A DNA stretch of 64,000 nt from NCBI GenBank assembly GCA_029953675.1, contig JAMWBK010000004.1, positions 248,001-312,000 on the forward strand, written 5' to 3'. Position numbers and translations under genes: made by a program. Below are positions 1-12,833 of the stretch, one piece after another (within the stretch, counting starts at the first letter, position 1; each line of letters opens with the position of its first letter). Below the pieces are notes generated by a model. It worked only from the letters and a program-made list of their open reading frames with translations. It was not told the DNA's origin and ran no database searches. This DNA comes from Rhodosorus marinus CCMP1338. Taxonomy: Eukaryota; Plantae; Rhodophyta.

Positions 1-262
1 GGACGTCCTTCTGCTTTGCCATCGTAAATGCTCTCCAGAGGAAAAAAGCGTTTCTAGATGTCTATATATACAGGGCGCCGGTGGTTGCCTGCGTCCGGTT
101 TCATTTTGAAGCTCAATGTGTTAGTGAAAACGGCACTCTTGTAAAATAGAGAGCAGGTTTCCAGTTCCTCCTCATCCGCTCATTCAGATACCACTGACGT
201 TCGTGGCTGCTTTGCAAACTAGTTTGGAGAGCTCGCGGGTGAGAAGGCTGGGCCGCATTACC

Positions 263-940
263 CTATCGAATGTAACCCTTCTCCAGCAGTTTTGACTCGA
301 GATCGGTGAGCGCCTTATTGCTGACGGAGTCCAATTCCGCTTTCTCCTCGCTCGTTACCTCGCGGACCTCTCTCACCTCCGGGACATAGTGTTTGAGCAT
401 GTTCTCAACCCCCATCTTGAGCGTTACGCTGGAAGAACTGCATGAGGAGCATGCTCCCTGCAATTCTAGGTCTACAACCCCACTGATGTCATCAAATCCT
501 CTAAAAATAATGTTCCCGCCGTCGTCCGCCACAGCGGGCTTCACCCTGGTCTCCAGGAGTTCCTTGATCATGGCAACGACATCAGAGTCCTCCGGGTAGA
601 TTGTGCAATCATGATCTGGGAGGGCCCCTTCTGAGAGTACTGGCTCCCCAGAACTGTAGTGGTCCATGATTGCCTCGAAAAGATCCGGTCTCAGAACAGC
701 CCATTCGATGTTGGAATCCTTGGTAACAGTGATAAAGTCCTTGGCTAAGAAAACTGAATTAACGCCGTCGATGACCAGCAGCTTCCTCGCCAAAGGTGAC
801 GTCTGCGCGTCCCGAATGGAATTGAACTCAGCCGTTGCGACCTTGCCCAAAACTGGCTCGCCAGGCAGGAGCTTTACTGAATTCGCATTCGGAGTCGACT
901 GAGTTTGAATAAACATGCTCCTCCAGAATCCTCTCCTCAT
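263..940 (-). CDS. NFU1: Mitochondrial NifU-like Fe-S scaffold/carrier (NFU1)
   Basis: ORF has the Nfu N-terminal start MFIQTQSTPNANSVKLLPG and NifU C-terminal LELQGACSSCSSSSVTLKMGVENMLKHYVPEV (CxxC). ATG 940 gives a short Arg-rich presequence MRRGFWRS; an upstream exon is not excluded. Confidence 0.92.
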   Translation of the reverse strand: MRRGFWRSMFIQTQSTPNANSVKLLPGEPVLGKVATAEFNSIRDAQTSPLARKLLVIDGVNSVFLAKDFITVTKDSNIEWAVLRPDLFEAIMDHYSSGEPVLSEGALPDHDCTIYPEDSDVVAMIKELLETRVKPAVADDGGNIIFRGFDDISGVVDLELQGACSSCSSSSVTLKMGVENMLKHYVPEVREVREVTSEEKAELDSVSNKALTDLESKLLEKGYIR

Positions 941-2509
941 ATCAGGGCGGAAAGCCGACGAACCTACAAAACAAAAACCAAAAACTTTAGACAACCAGAA
1001 AACAACTAAAGCCACCGCGGGAGAGATAAAAACCCAAACAAACACACCCACCTCCAACCCGTCGAAACACAGATCTTACACAATACATCTTGATCACAAA
1101 CTCGCCTCAAAAACTCAGCAGAATATCCTCACGTTTCCACTCCTCCGTCGCCACCAAACCTCAACCAAACCCCCCCCCCAAAAAAAATAAAATTTCCCCT
1201 CCAGTCCAAAACACGATGTTGATCCTGAACTCGACGTCGTCTTTACCAAAACAAAAACAAAACACTTCAGACAAGGTTTTAAGAAATATCAAACCAAACC
1301 AAAATCGCACTCCTCAAAACTAGATCGAAAACAGAAAGCTCCTCCTCCTCCTCAAACTTAGGAACACCTCTCCTCAGAGCTTCCCCTACTCAACAACGAA
1401 GACTTCACTTTGATATCCTCTGCGCGAGACGACCATTTCCAACTTTTCTTCTCCAAACTTTTTCTTTCTTCGAAAATTCTGGATTCTCATACCAATGAAA
1501 CTCCACCACCCGTCCTTAACCAATTCACTATCCAATAAAAAGTTTCCACATGTCCAACATCTCCGTAGTCAAAATTATAGTACTTTACGTATGTTTATGA
1601 ATTTTAATATCCAATTATATTATACCACATGTCTAATTTTGCGTTTATACAAATTATATACTGCCACGCGTTGTTGAGGTTGAAATTTAAGACTATAAAT
1701 TCGTAGTTAAGGATGAATACCTGCATAAAAATGATATTTTGTTTATTGGTGGATCATAGGCGGTCGCTGTGGCTATGGTGATTTCATTGCGCTGGTAGAG
1801 TTGGAGATTGGGTGAGAATGGGGGAGGAAGCGGATGTGTCAGTCACCAATTGCTATGTTTCGGGAAGAGCATTGCATTTGGTACGTTTTCCTGCAGCCCC
1901 AAGCCTATGATCTTTGGCAATTTTCTTCAAGGTTCTGAAGGCAGGGGCTTTGGGGGCAGCTGATGTGCCCTTGCCGGGGCTGAGAACCGCCCTTGCTGGC
2001 GTTCGGCAGACGATCGGGGTTTTGAAATACTTCGGAGTTCAGAAGAAGGACGGTACGACTGATTCATTCCTCCGCCACAAGCAGGCTGGTATTATAGGTC
2101 GATGACGAAGACTGCGTGGGAACCGCGACACCTGGACGACACCTTCGATTTTCAGAGCCAACTGAACGGCTTTGATGAGGTCTAGATGGCTTGAGCCAGC
2201 CTAAAGTGAGGCAAACGAGTCAATGTCGGAGCTCCCTCCTGCTCTTGCCTCTGGGTCACTCCTCGGCCGAAGCCGCGGGAGCTAGCAAGCGTCATATCAT
2301 CAAGCGAGTGGTCGATTATTTGAGTTGTTGAGTCTGATGTCCCATAGATTGAAGCCTTTTAGAACGGTGAGAGTGATCCACAAACTCGCCTTCAGTTGAA
2401 GCGGCTATGCAGAGATTGCTCTTTGGCTAGTGACGAAGACCTAGCAAGCAGAATTCGGTAGCAGGGAATTGGACTTTCCCATAGTCAGCCAAGGCAGCAG
2501 ATGTAGCCG

Positions 2510-3260
2510 TCCGCAGTCTCAGCAGAACCGCGGGCTCCTCGTCTGAGATTGACTAATTGTCTTTGATCAAGCCTATTTCACCATATAGAGAGCAAGAACG
2601 AACAGCCTGAACAGACTGGAGTACGGTTTCCAGCTATTAGCGGTTTGAAGCCGGCACCTCGAGATCGATGCTATTGATAACTGACGAAGAAGGGGATCAG
2701 ATTTCGATTAGTTTTGGAGGTTAGACAATCCTCTGTTTCCATGTAGACAGAAGAAAACGGACAATCTGAGCAGATCTACCGTCCGGTCTCGAGCATATCA
2801 ACCCATCGGGAGAAGCGCGTGGTCACCAATGGAATTGACAACTGACGAAGAGGACGATCAAATTTCGATCAGTTTTCGGAATTAATCAGTGTTACATTGA
2901 ATACAGAAAGCATAAACGAACAATCTGAGAAGATCTAACTGACTGTTTCTAGCTTAACAACCCCATCGGTACTCGCCCAGTGGACGATGAACTTCGATAC
3001 ACTTCTGTTGATAACTGATGAAAATGAGCATCAGATTTACGCTCAGTTTTCGAGATTGAGCAGTGCTACGTTTCTCTTAGAAATCATAAACAAACCATTT
3101 GAGCAGATCTATTCCACAATCGCTAACCTATCAACCCGATCGGTAATCCCTTGGCTCCCCTGTGCTGAACGCCCACTTCGATACGTTTGTATTAATCGCT
3201 GACGAAGAAGACGATCAGATTTCGATCGGGGATTCGAGATAAGAGATTCGATTTACTTTT
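2510..3260. repeat. Degenerate tandem array, 4-5 units of ~160-185 bp
   Basis: Core CTGA(C/T)GAA...GATCA(G/A)ATTT..GxTxAGTTTT recurs at 2681, 2842, 3015, 3199; second block ACAATCTGAG.AGATCTA...AACCCxATCGG recurs in units A-C; partial unit near 2520-2620. Confidence 0.85.
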
Positions 3261-3358
3261 TCTTTTCCCATGTTAGAAGGAATCAAGTGAAAAGAAAGAA
3301 CGAGAAGGTTTACTTGAGGAAAGGTTCTTCGGATCTAGGGTCGGAGAGAACCAGGACG

Positions 3359-6300
3359 ATGGATCTGCGAAGGACGGTGTTTTGGTGTTTCTTCTTTAGT
3401 CTGATCGCGCTGTCTTTGAGTGCTTCTTGGAAGAATATCTGCAGTTGTTCAGAGGTCGGATTCTGTAGAAGACACTTCAAGCGAGATCCAATTGAGCCGC
3501 AGCCTGCGGTCGATGGGGATTCTGTGGAGATAGGGAAATGGGACTCGCACTCTGTGACTGGACTGATGTCCACGGCCGGCGGGACAAAACTATCGCTGCG
3601 GTTTTTTGTCTACGTCTATGCCGTAGGAAGAAGCCATGTATTCCGATGGATTGTCGACGACGTCGCCGAATTCACAAACTCGAAGCGACATTCAGTTAAC
3701 AAGGTCCTAAACCCGGAACTGCAACCGGTGACCCTGAGCGAAGCCGACCTTAAAGTCGATAAGGATCGGATCGTGATCAGTTCACCCGGCGATCCGAAAT
3801 GTGAGACTTCTCCGTGCCTTGAGATAGCTCTCAACCCTTTCAAAGCACAACTCACAACGACAGATCGACGAGGCAAGAGAACAGTCGCCGTTACTCTCAA
3901 CGACAACAGAATGTTCCACTTCGAGCAGCACAAGTTCATGGCAGAGCTCAAGGTACGGGTCATTGTCAGTTCAGATCTTTTCAGCTGAAACCTCCTAAGT
4001 CTGATGGCCCTCTTCCCGCTTCCAGACTCAGATCGAAGGTTTTGATTCCAAGTACTGCAAACCCGGATCCGGATCGGACGATGCCTCCAAAGAATCTGAG
4101 GATGAGGAACCTGTTGATGACGATGACGATGAAGATGAAAATGAAGATGAAGAGGAGGACTCCAGTCCACCCAATGAGTCTTCTGCCGAACGTACATGTG
4201 AAGAACCAGGAGATCTAGTCAAGCCCGAGTGCGATGGATGTTGGGAGGAAGCTGTTAAAGGCGGATTCAAGGATCCGAAGAAGCGTGGACCGGAGTCGAT
4301 CGGAATGGACGTTGGGTTTCCATCGACTGGACACCTCTACGGCATGCCGGAGAGAGCTCTCGACTTCGATCTGAAGGATACGGGAGACAAACGAGACCCG
4401 ATTAGGTTCTACAACCTGGACGTATTCGAGTTTGAGATGGATCACACATTAGGATTGTACGGAAGCGTCCCGTACGTGATCGGACACGGCGATGATCTAT
4501 CTGTTGGAGCGCTCTGGTTGAATTCGGCGGAGACGTATGCGACAATATCGTCCGGAAAGCCCGGAACAAGACAGACAATGTGGTGGAGTGAATCGGGCAG
4601 AATGGACCTGCTCCTGTTCCCAGGACCGAGCCCTTCCCAAATCTTCGAACAGTATGTCCAAGTGACTGGACGTGCAGCTATGCCCAACATCTTCTCACTC
4701 GGTTACCACCAGTGCCGATGGAACTATCGCGATCAGGCGGATGTCGAGTACGTTGACTCTCAATTTGATGCCTACGACATCCCGTACGATGCGATCTGGT
4801 TGGATATCGAACACACCGACGGAAAGAAATACTTCACGTGGGATACGTCGAAGTTTCCAGACCCGACGAAGATGCAGAATGACGTTGCAGCTAGAGGTCG
4901 AAAGATGGTAACGATTGTGGATCCTCATGTCAAGGTAGCGAAGAAGTACCTGATGAATGAGATTGCGACGAAGAACGATCTCTACGTCAAGGACGGCAGC
5001 GGGAAGGGCGACTTTAACGGGTGGTGCTGGCCGGGTAACTCAGGTTACCTCGATTTCACCTCGTCGAGGGTTAGAAACTACTGGATGGACATGTACAACA
5101 GCAAAAACTACCCGCATTTTACGGAGAATCTACATATCTGGAACGACATGAACGAGCCTTCGGTGTTCAACGGCCCGGAGGTTACGTTGCCCAAGAACGC
5201 CATCCACGAGGGAGGCTTTGAGCACCGCGATGTGCACAATATCTACGGATACCACGTTATGCAGGCCACCTTTGAAGCCCTGGTTCAAACGAGGAACAGG
5301 AAGATCAGACCGTTCGTTCTCAGTAGAAGCTTCTTCGCCGGAAGTCAAAAGTATGGAACTGTCTGGACGGGAGACAATGCGGCAACGTGGGAACAGCTTC
5401 GATCGGCTGTGCCGATGGTCCTGTCACTCTCCGTTTCCGGCATGTCCTTCTCTGGTAAGCCACGCTTAAAGCACACCGCAGATTCTTCCGTCATGAAAAG
5501 AAGCAAAAGCTTCCAGCTCGCTGACTGATACGCAAGAAAGAAGTCTGCGAGATGTCCTCGTTTCTGGAAGACAGCCCAGCCTCGTCGAGAATGGTCCAAC
5601 ATCCAATCCACAATGGCTAAAGCTCGGTCGCTTTTGCCTTTCTTGTTGAGGTTAGGAGCGGACATTGGCGGCTTCTTCGGCAATCCGTCGGAAGAGCTTC
5701 TCCTCCGATGGTACCAGCTCGCCGCGTTTCAACCATTCTTCCGTGCGCACGCGCACATTGATACCGACCGGCGGGAACCGTGGGAGGCGTCGGAGTCCAC
5801 CCGGGAAATGATTCGTGGCGTGATTATTGAGCGGTACAAGTACCTTCCCCACTGGTATTCACTGTCCGCAATGGCTTCACGCGGATCTAGCCTGCCTTTC
5901 AGAGAAGAAGCCAAGGGACCTCCGATGCGTCCGATTTGGTGGCATTTCCCGGGTTTCCTAGGTGAAGAAGAGCAGTTTCTTGTGGGCGATTCGCTCCTTG
6001 TCGCTCCAAATATGCACGAAGGGAAGAAGAAAGTGACGGTACGGCTCCCCAAGGACAACGTTTGGTACGACCTGTATGGTGCTGTATCCAGACCTGTTAT
6101 TGGAGGCGAACTCTCGATCAGTTCACCCTTGAATCGGATGGCAGTCTTTCAGAGAGGTGGCAGCATGATAGTGAAGAGGGAGAGGGTCAGGAGGTCCTCA
6201 AAGGCGATGATCTTGGACCCTTACACGATCGACATTGCACCGGATGGTAACAACACGGCCGTAGGCGAGCTGTACGCGGACGATTCGGTCAGCTACGAGT

Positions 6301-6560
6301 ACGAAAACGGAGCGTTCGCGCTTGTCCATCTGGTTTATGATGGAAACAATATCCACTGCGAGGTCAAGGCCGGTGGAACCAAACCGTTCGAAGGCAGTGA
6401 AGCTGTTGTTGAACGAATTCGAATCTTCACGGCAGGCAACGTTCGCGGCGTGAAGACTGAGGACGGCAAATACCTACAGACCAAGCTCGTCAACAACGTG
6501 TTGACCGTGAAGAAACCAGGAGTCAAACTGCTCAGCAATTGGACTATTACTTTAGAGTAG
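3359..6560 (+). CDS. GANAB: Glucosidase II alpha subunit (GH31), 2 introns (~3953-4025, 5455-5655)
   Basis: Signal peptide MDLRRTVFWCFFFSLIALSLSA; GH31 motifs IWLDIEHTDGKKYFTWD, WNDMNEPSVFNGPE, WTGDN, GADIGGFFG, RWYQLAAFQPFFRAHAH; splice 5454|5656 restores SFSG-ADIGG. Confidence 0.95.
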
Positions 6561-6751
6561 AAACTCCCCTCCTGACCTCGCTCACTACCAGTGTTATCCC
6601 TCAAAGAAAATACATAAAAACCGATTCTGGAAGCGAACGTCGGTAGCTCCGAACTCGGCATCCACAGACAAGCCGCACACCCGTTCTAACTGCTGCGCAA
6701 CTTTCACATACCAATACGCGATCAATACTGTACATCCACGATCGTCGGTAC

Positions 6752-9681
6752 TTATGCATCTTCCTTCTTCCGTCGATGCGCCGGCATTCGTTTCTTAAGC
6801 CTCTCCGCTTCTTCAGCTTGCTCCTCCTCCAATGTCTTTGTCGCAAGAACGCGTGGGTTATCACCTCCCGTGAAGTAGCCAAACTGTTTGGCTTTCTCAT
6901 CAAGCTTGAGAAGAGCCTCACGAGGATCTTCCTTGAGCCAGCCTTTCTCCTCCTTCGCTTTGCTCCTAGCGACAAACCTGCGCCACAGTGACAGTCCAAA
7001 GCAAACAAGTCCGGGTTCAGGATGCGTTTAAGGGGAAGACTACACAAAAAGGCATGTGATGAGCTGCACATACGATGCCATAGTTGATCCGGCAATGGCT
7101 TTGGCGTCAGGCCCCCCTGCCATGACCGGCTTCTTCGTTAGAATAGGATCTTCTCGCATCTTCTCCTGCTGCCTCTTTCTGTTAATCGGCCTGCCGTGGT
7201 TTGCGTGCTCATCACGAAACATGGGAAGCGCATTAGGTGTATGGATTGCTCCTACGCCAATGTCCACAAACGCCTGCTGCTTTCGCTTCACCAGCTTGGA
7301 TATGCATCTAAGGATCTGAGAAAAATTGTAAAACGGTTGTTCCAGTCAGTCTAGTTTTCAAAAATTATATTGACTGTCCAGCCCCGTACTTGAGACTCAG
7401 TACGGAGTACGGGGTTCTTAAGCTCTCGAACACGAGCAGTACTTGCTCTATACTGGAATGTATTTCAAGTAGTAGTCTTACCCCCTTCGAGCTTAATAGA
7501 GGATCGTACAAGACGTGAACATGACCCGCGGTGGTACCGTAAACAATTTGGTTTATGGTGGGATGCCAATACAAACCCACAACCCCTCCAGAATCCTTTT
7601 CAAGAATTATCGTCTTAACAGCTCGGAGAGTCGATCGGTCGAAGATTACAAGCTTTCCTGGTTCTCCCTCCTTCTTCTTCGTCGAGGTGGAGCTCGTTCC
7701 GGTGGCAAAGTACTTGCCGTCACCTGAGAAGATACGCGGATGTGATCAGCGCCGTACTGAGAGCAACAAACGTAGAAAAGACGGCAACAAGCGTACCAGA
7801 GAACGCAGCCCTTGTCTGCTCACTATTGTTCGGAAGGTTGTCAAACGTGGATAACGGAGAATCAAATCTACGGACATCCCACAGGCGAAGACAATCGTCC
7901 AGGGTTCTCGTAAGAGCGCTCATGCCATCCGATGAATACGAGATTGAGGTGGTGATCACATCTGGACCGTGCGCGTCGTCGACATCTTCCACAGTTTTCG
8001 GCAGAAACGAGCCTGGATCATAGAGCCTAAGTCCACCGTCATCGCAGCCAGCAAGAATCGTTCGACCTTTTATGTTTGCGAAAGCGAGTATAAGACTGCA
8101 CCGTTAGAGACTTCCAGTTCATGAAAAGCTCTGAAGCTGGGTAGAAATCACATACCATCTGGCGAGTATGCAATTGCTGTAGGGCTGACCTTCTTCCCGC
8201 GCCTATTCTTCAGCTTTATAATCTTCTTGTGTTTCTTTGACTCTGTCAATGCATCCCAGATGCGAATCGTTCCATCAGCAGCCGAGGTGGCGAACGTCTT
8301 CGCGTCGATCGGTTGCCAGACAGCACAGGACAATGGTGCTGCGTGGCCTGCGGATCGAAACAAAACCTTGGTTGTTCAGCTACTCATGCAGTTCTCCTCC
8401 GCGCTCGACGCGGACGAAACGTCCTGCCCACTAGCGAGCTTTCGCGGGCAGGGCTTTCCGCTGGACAGTTTCTGCTGAGGAAAGCTCCTCCGCACTTATT
8501 AGTTTCAGAGCTCGAAGCAACGGGGTCGTCTTCTGTACTCTAACCAACGCAGCGTTTCATCTACCGTGCCGATGAAGTGTAGAAGCAGCACGACCGCGAC
8601 TATAACCGGCAATGATGCAAAATACCGGCCAACGTCCGGGCGACCGCAACGCTTGGATACCTCGTTTTGGCTATCGACGCTCGACTTACCGAGCAGGCCG
8701 TTTCTCGGAACCCAGGTAAATTTGCGTTGGAGAATATATTACCTTTCGTATTGCTCATATCGTGAAGATACATATCACCATGCGGGCAGACAAGAATCTC
8801 CCGTCCGTCTCGATCATACATTCGCGCAGACTTGGAACCGCCCGCGAACAGGATTTTCCCTCCTGTTGGTGAAAACTCAATAGAGCGAATCTAGAGATCA
8901 AGAGAAATGCTCTAGGTGTTAGGCGGATTGGTAGGCAGCGTGTCTAGATCTGGACAGGAAGGAAAGTACATACCGGAAAAGAGCCAAACGGTTCCATCGA
9001 AGTGAAAGATGTCAGGTTGGCATTCATCGATCCAAAATCCCAGAATTTGACTGAGTAATCCACTGATCCAGTACAGAATCGATTGCCAGCGGTGTCCATT
9101 GCTATGGCCGATACTGTCGCCTTGAACTTTCCAGATAGCCTCGCTTCATGAGAGACTGGTACGGGGATGGATTCTTCCTCGACCTTCTGCTCTTGATTCG
9201 CTTCTAGGGGCTCATCTTCGTCATCGGAATCGTCCGGACCGTCATCCTCCTTTCCGGCAACATCTTGCGCGGGTACGAACGTCGCTCCTTCATGTTCTTT
9301 GTCAAAATTTTCGGGCGGACTGTGCGGTCCTATTCCGGCATCCTCATCGCCTTCATCTTCCGGCTCTTCAGGTTTTCTCCTCTGATCGCGCTTATACTCA
9401 GCACTGAACGACTTGAACTTTGTTGACTGACGAAGCTTCCCCAGCTCGTCCTCTTCGTCTCCATCCCCATCATCCGCTTGCTCATCCGCTCCAAAACCCG
9501 GACCAGCCAGCAAATTGGAAGCTTCCCCCTTACCAGACGCAGAAGATATCTCTTTCAACGCAGCCGCCTGTGCGTGACGACGACTCTCCTCATCCTGCTC
9601 GTCCTCATCAACAGCGCCAAACTTTGAACCCTTTACCGGACGTAAACCAGCCTTCTTTCGACCTTTCAGTTCTATCTTCAT
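6752..9681 (-). CDS. WDR70: WD40-repeat protein WDR70/GAD-1, multi-exon
   Basis: Acidic N-terminus, then VSAIAMDTAGNRFCTGSVDYSVKFWDFGSMN, FATSAADGTIRIWD, WHPTINQIVYG, IHTPNALPMFRD and C-terminal EDPREALLKLDEKAK; stop TAA 6754-6752. Confidence 0.9.
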
Positions 9682-11229
9682 GGTTTCCAAATAATAGATC
9701 AAAAATCTCTGCTGTCAAACCCGGCTCCTCAACACCCGCGGAGAACGTTCTGATCAGACTCAAAAGCTCCAAAAATGTCCTAGAAGCCACACGCTCTCTC
9801 TGACGGCACAAACCTTGACGATGACAATGAATCCGAATCAAAACGTCACCTTCCTCAGCACTCCTCAAGAGTCAGTAAGCTCCAGCAGTCACCACAAGCT
9901 CAACGACCTTATACTCTGCTTCCGCCAAGCATGAGCTTGCTCAAGAAAACCTCACCTCGAACGCCTCACAAACGGTTTTCATCAGTGCCATAGTCACTCA
10001 ACAGCCAAAAAAAAACTCAACTGACTTTCTTCCTCCTCACAATCCGACCCCAACCAAACCCACCCCAGCCCTGTTCAAGCCAGTAGCGAAACCTAATCAA
10101 ACTTCCTTTTCTTGCTCGAGCCTATTTAGTACTTGTGCTTTTTGCGGAGAAGCTTTGCTCCTACAAAAGCCTCGTCTTGAAACGCAGCACAGACGTTTCT
10201 AACGACTCTTTTAAGAGCTATCGTGCAAAACCACAACTACAGCCTCCCTCAAAGGCTCATGCATGATCTGTCGTCTTCCTCCGGAATTATGAGGACGCTG
10301 ACTGTTGAAAGAGACGCAGATAAGATCAAGCGGAACTGATAAGATCAATAACAAATCCAAAATCTGTCTGTCCTAACCTCGTTGCACCTTATGGGTCTTC
10401 TCCCTGCCTGTCGACGGGGACGAGGAGCTAATGACGTGCCGAAACATGACATTCCTCACTGATCATCAAGCAGATCGATAAACCCTTTTGGAAACAAGAA
10501 ACAGATCAAACGATCAGCTTGCCTCGTCCTCTGTCTAAGCTTGCTGGAGGGTGCAGACCAAGAATCAAGTTTCAGGATGGAAACGTTCGCGTCTTCGATA
10601 AGCTCGGACGAACCCACTGAGTGACATGGAGTCTGGGCCTGGCCGCACAAGCTAGTCGAACAGACGAAGGGAACTTCCCGATAGTCACCATGGTAGAACG
10701 TAGCCACCTCACCAATAACGCATTGATAGTCTTCTTCTTCACCCTTTAGAGGCTCCATGGGGGGCGTTCTTTAATAAAGCGTTCACGGTTACATGAAGAG
10801 GGCGACACTGTTTGTGGTTGGTAAAAGTCGATTCTGAGGAAACCAGACATTGGTCTGGGATGCTTTCCAAGCGCTCTCGGGCTCGGACAGATCCGCTTTC
10901 ATGACAACTTAGTCATTATCTGGTCAATGCTTTGGTCGCCAGTCCACATGGTCCTCTGATGAGACTGGGCAACCTCGAATCTCCGAAAGCGGCGAAGGAA
11001 GTAGGGCACCAACAAAGCAGAGTGGAAGTCCTCTGGTTTCTTAGGTTTCTTGCCTTTTTATTGCAGCTTGAAATAGTCACGACATCGGTTAGATCTTGTT
11101 CAAGGCACGCACGCTCCTAAAGAACCGAATCGAGCCAGTGAGCGGAGAAGAGAGGGAGACACAGAGAGTTTGGAGTAGATCTTTTCCCCACGTTCAATAG
11201 AGAGGGGATCTTCCGATAGAAAAAAAGAG

Positions 11230-12833
11230 TTAGAAGACGACGATGTACTTGTTAAGCTTTGACTTGTTCTTCTGGCTGATGCACTCGGCAATCCTGTTCA
11301 GGCCACAAAGCGCGTAAGAAGCCGTTAGCTCGACACTCAAATAAGAACTTTCGTTGTTCCCAGCAAAGAGAATTCCTACCATCCAATATTTCTGATCTCC
11401 TGTTCTTTCAATCGGAGGTATGCATAGAAGATCGCGTAGTGGAACTGCTGGTCGAACGCTTGCTTAGCCAAGTATACCTACGAAAAAAATGTTGGGTTTG
11501 AACATCCTCATCTTCAGAGCTGGCCATCTTCTTCATCTTGTAGTCGATCCGACCTGAACTATTTGATATCCTCACCTCGTACTCGAAGAAAGCATCTTCA
11601 AGGTTCTTGTCCGGGTTATCCATTGCCGCTGACCAAAGACGTCGGTAGGTGCCGTACCTGGATGGGGGGAAACAGTATAACCGATATTTCGTTAAGCTTG
11701 AATCACTACTTTCCGGATGCTTCGACAACCTTGTGAGAGAAACCTACGGTTCTATTATCGATGCAACTGATGATCTATCATCAGCTCGCGCGAGCCTCAT
11801 GATTCCTTCAGGATGGAGCTCTCCAAAGTTACAGTAAAGCGATTCCCGCTCATTCTTCCTCAGACTGGTTCCGAAGGAATGCATCGTAATGTTGATCGCT
11901 CTTCTATCGGCTTCGAATTGAAGTAGGAGCCCCATGAGTTCCGCCGTTGCACCTCCAAGCTTCTGGCAGTACTGGTAAAAGTCCTCTAGGTAGGCTTTGT
12001 AAAGGGTGTTCCGGATGATCTCGATGTTCAGCGCGGTGAGGTCGTCAAGCGACACGCACTCAGCAAAGTACGGTGCTAGAGGTGTATCCACAACGATCTC
12101 TCTGTACAGCTCCTCAGGCGTTGTGGCGATGCAAAGCGAGGCCTATCGTGAACAGATAAATCGTCAACACGGAGGACTCTTACGAGAATCGGTGAAGAGG
12201 GACCCTTACCATTGAGTCGAAAAGGCCGAGGGGATGGCATTTGTCAATGAGCTCCGAGATATCCTTCTCCTTAAACGTTCCAGTGATCAGAAGAATCAAG
12301 TTGTCGATCATATAAGGGTAGGTGAGGTAGTCAAGGAATGTCGCAAGTGGCTCCGTGGCTTGGGTGCTTATTGCCCGAAACTCATCAACGAGTTTCTTCC
12401 TCGCATGCTCCTGAATTGTCGTTGTCGCCAACGGCGAGGGTTCATTTTGCAGGAAGTTTCCATAGTCCGTCGCCTGCAGAAAATCGAACGCCACCAAAAT
12501 ACTTTTGTCAACAAACAAACCCCCCCGGCTCCCGAGCCCAAACGAGAATGCCTACAATCCCGATCTTTACGAGCTCGGTTGCTTGCTTACCGTCAACTGC
12601 ATACGAAAGTCCTCCAAAGTCTCGCACTGACAAAGATTCGCATAATCCGCAGACGACAGAATCCCCTAACCAAGGAAAACCGGTAAACAACCCCTTCAGC
12701 GATCAAAACGAACACAAAACAACACATCTACTCCCACAGACTAAACCCGCTCGCTCACCGCTCGATACCCACGAATAATCGCTTCAAGGTATCCATCGTC
12801 CGTATTAAAAAGCAACATCCCTCCAGGCGCCAT
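11230..12833 (-). CDS. ATP6V0D1: V-type H+-ATPase V0 subunit d, multi-exon
   Basis: Start [23 protein letters not shown]; [57 protein letters not shown]; last exon [20 protein letters not shown]. Confidence 0.96.

Noticed and set aside
2510-3260. Possible CRISPR-like repeat-spacer array
   Set aside because: Repeats are highly diverged, the 'spacers' are homologous to each other, there are no cas genes and the host is eukaryotic.
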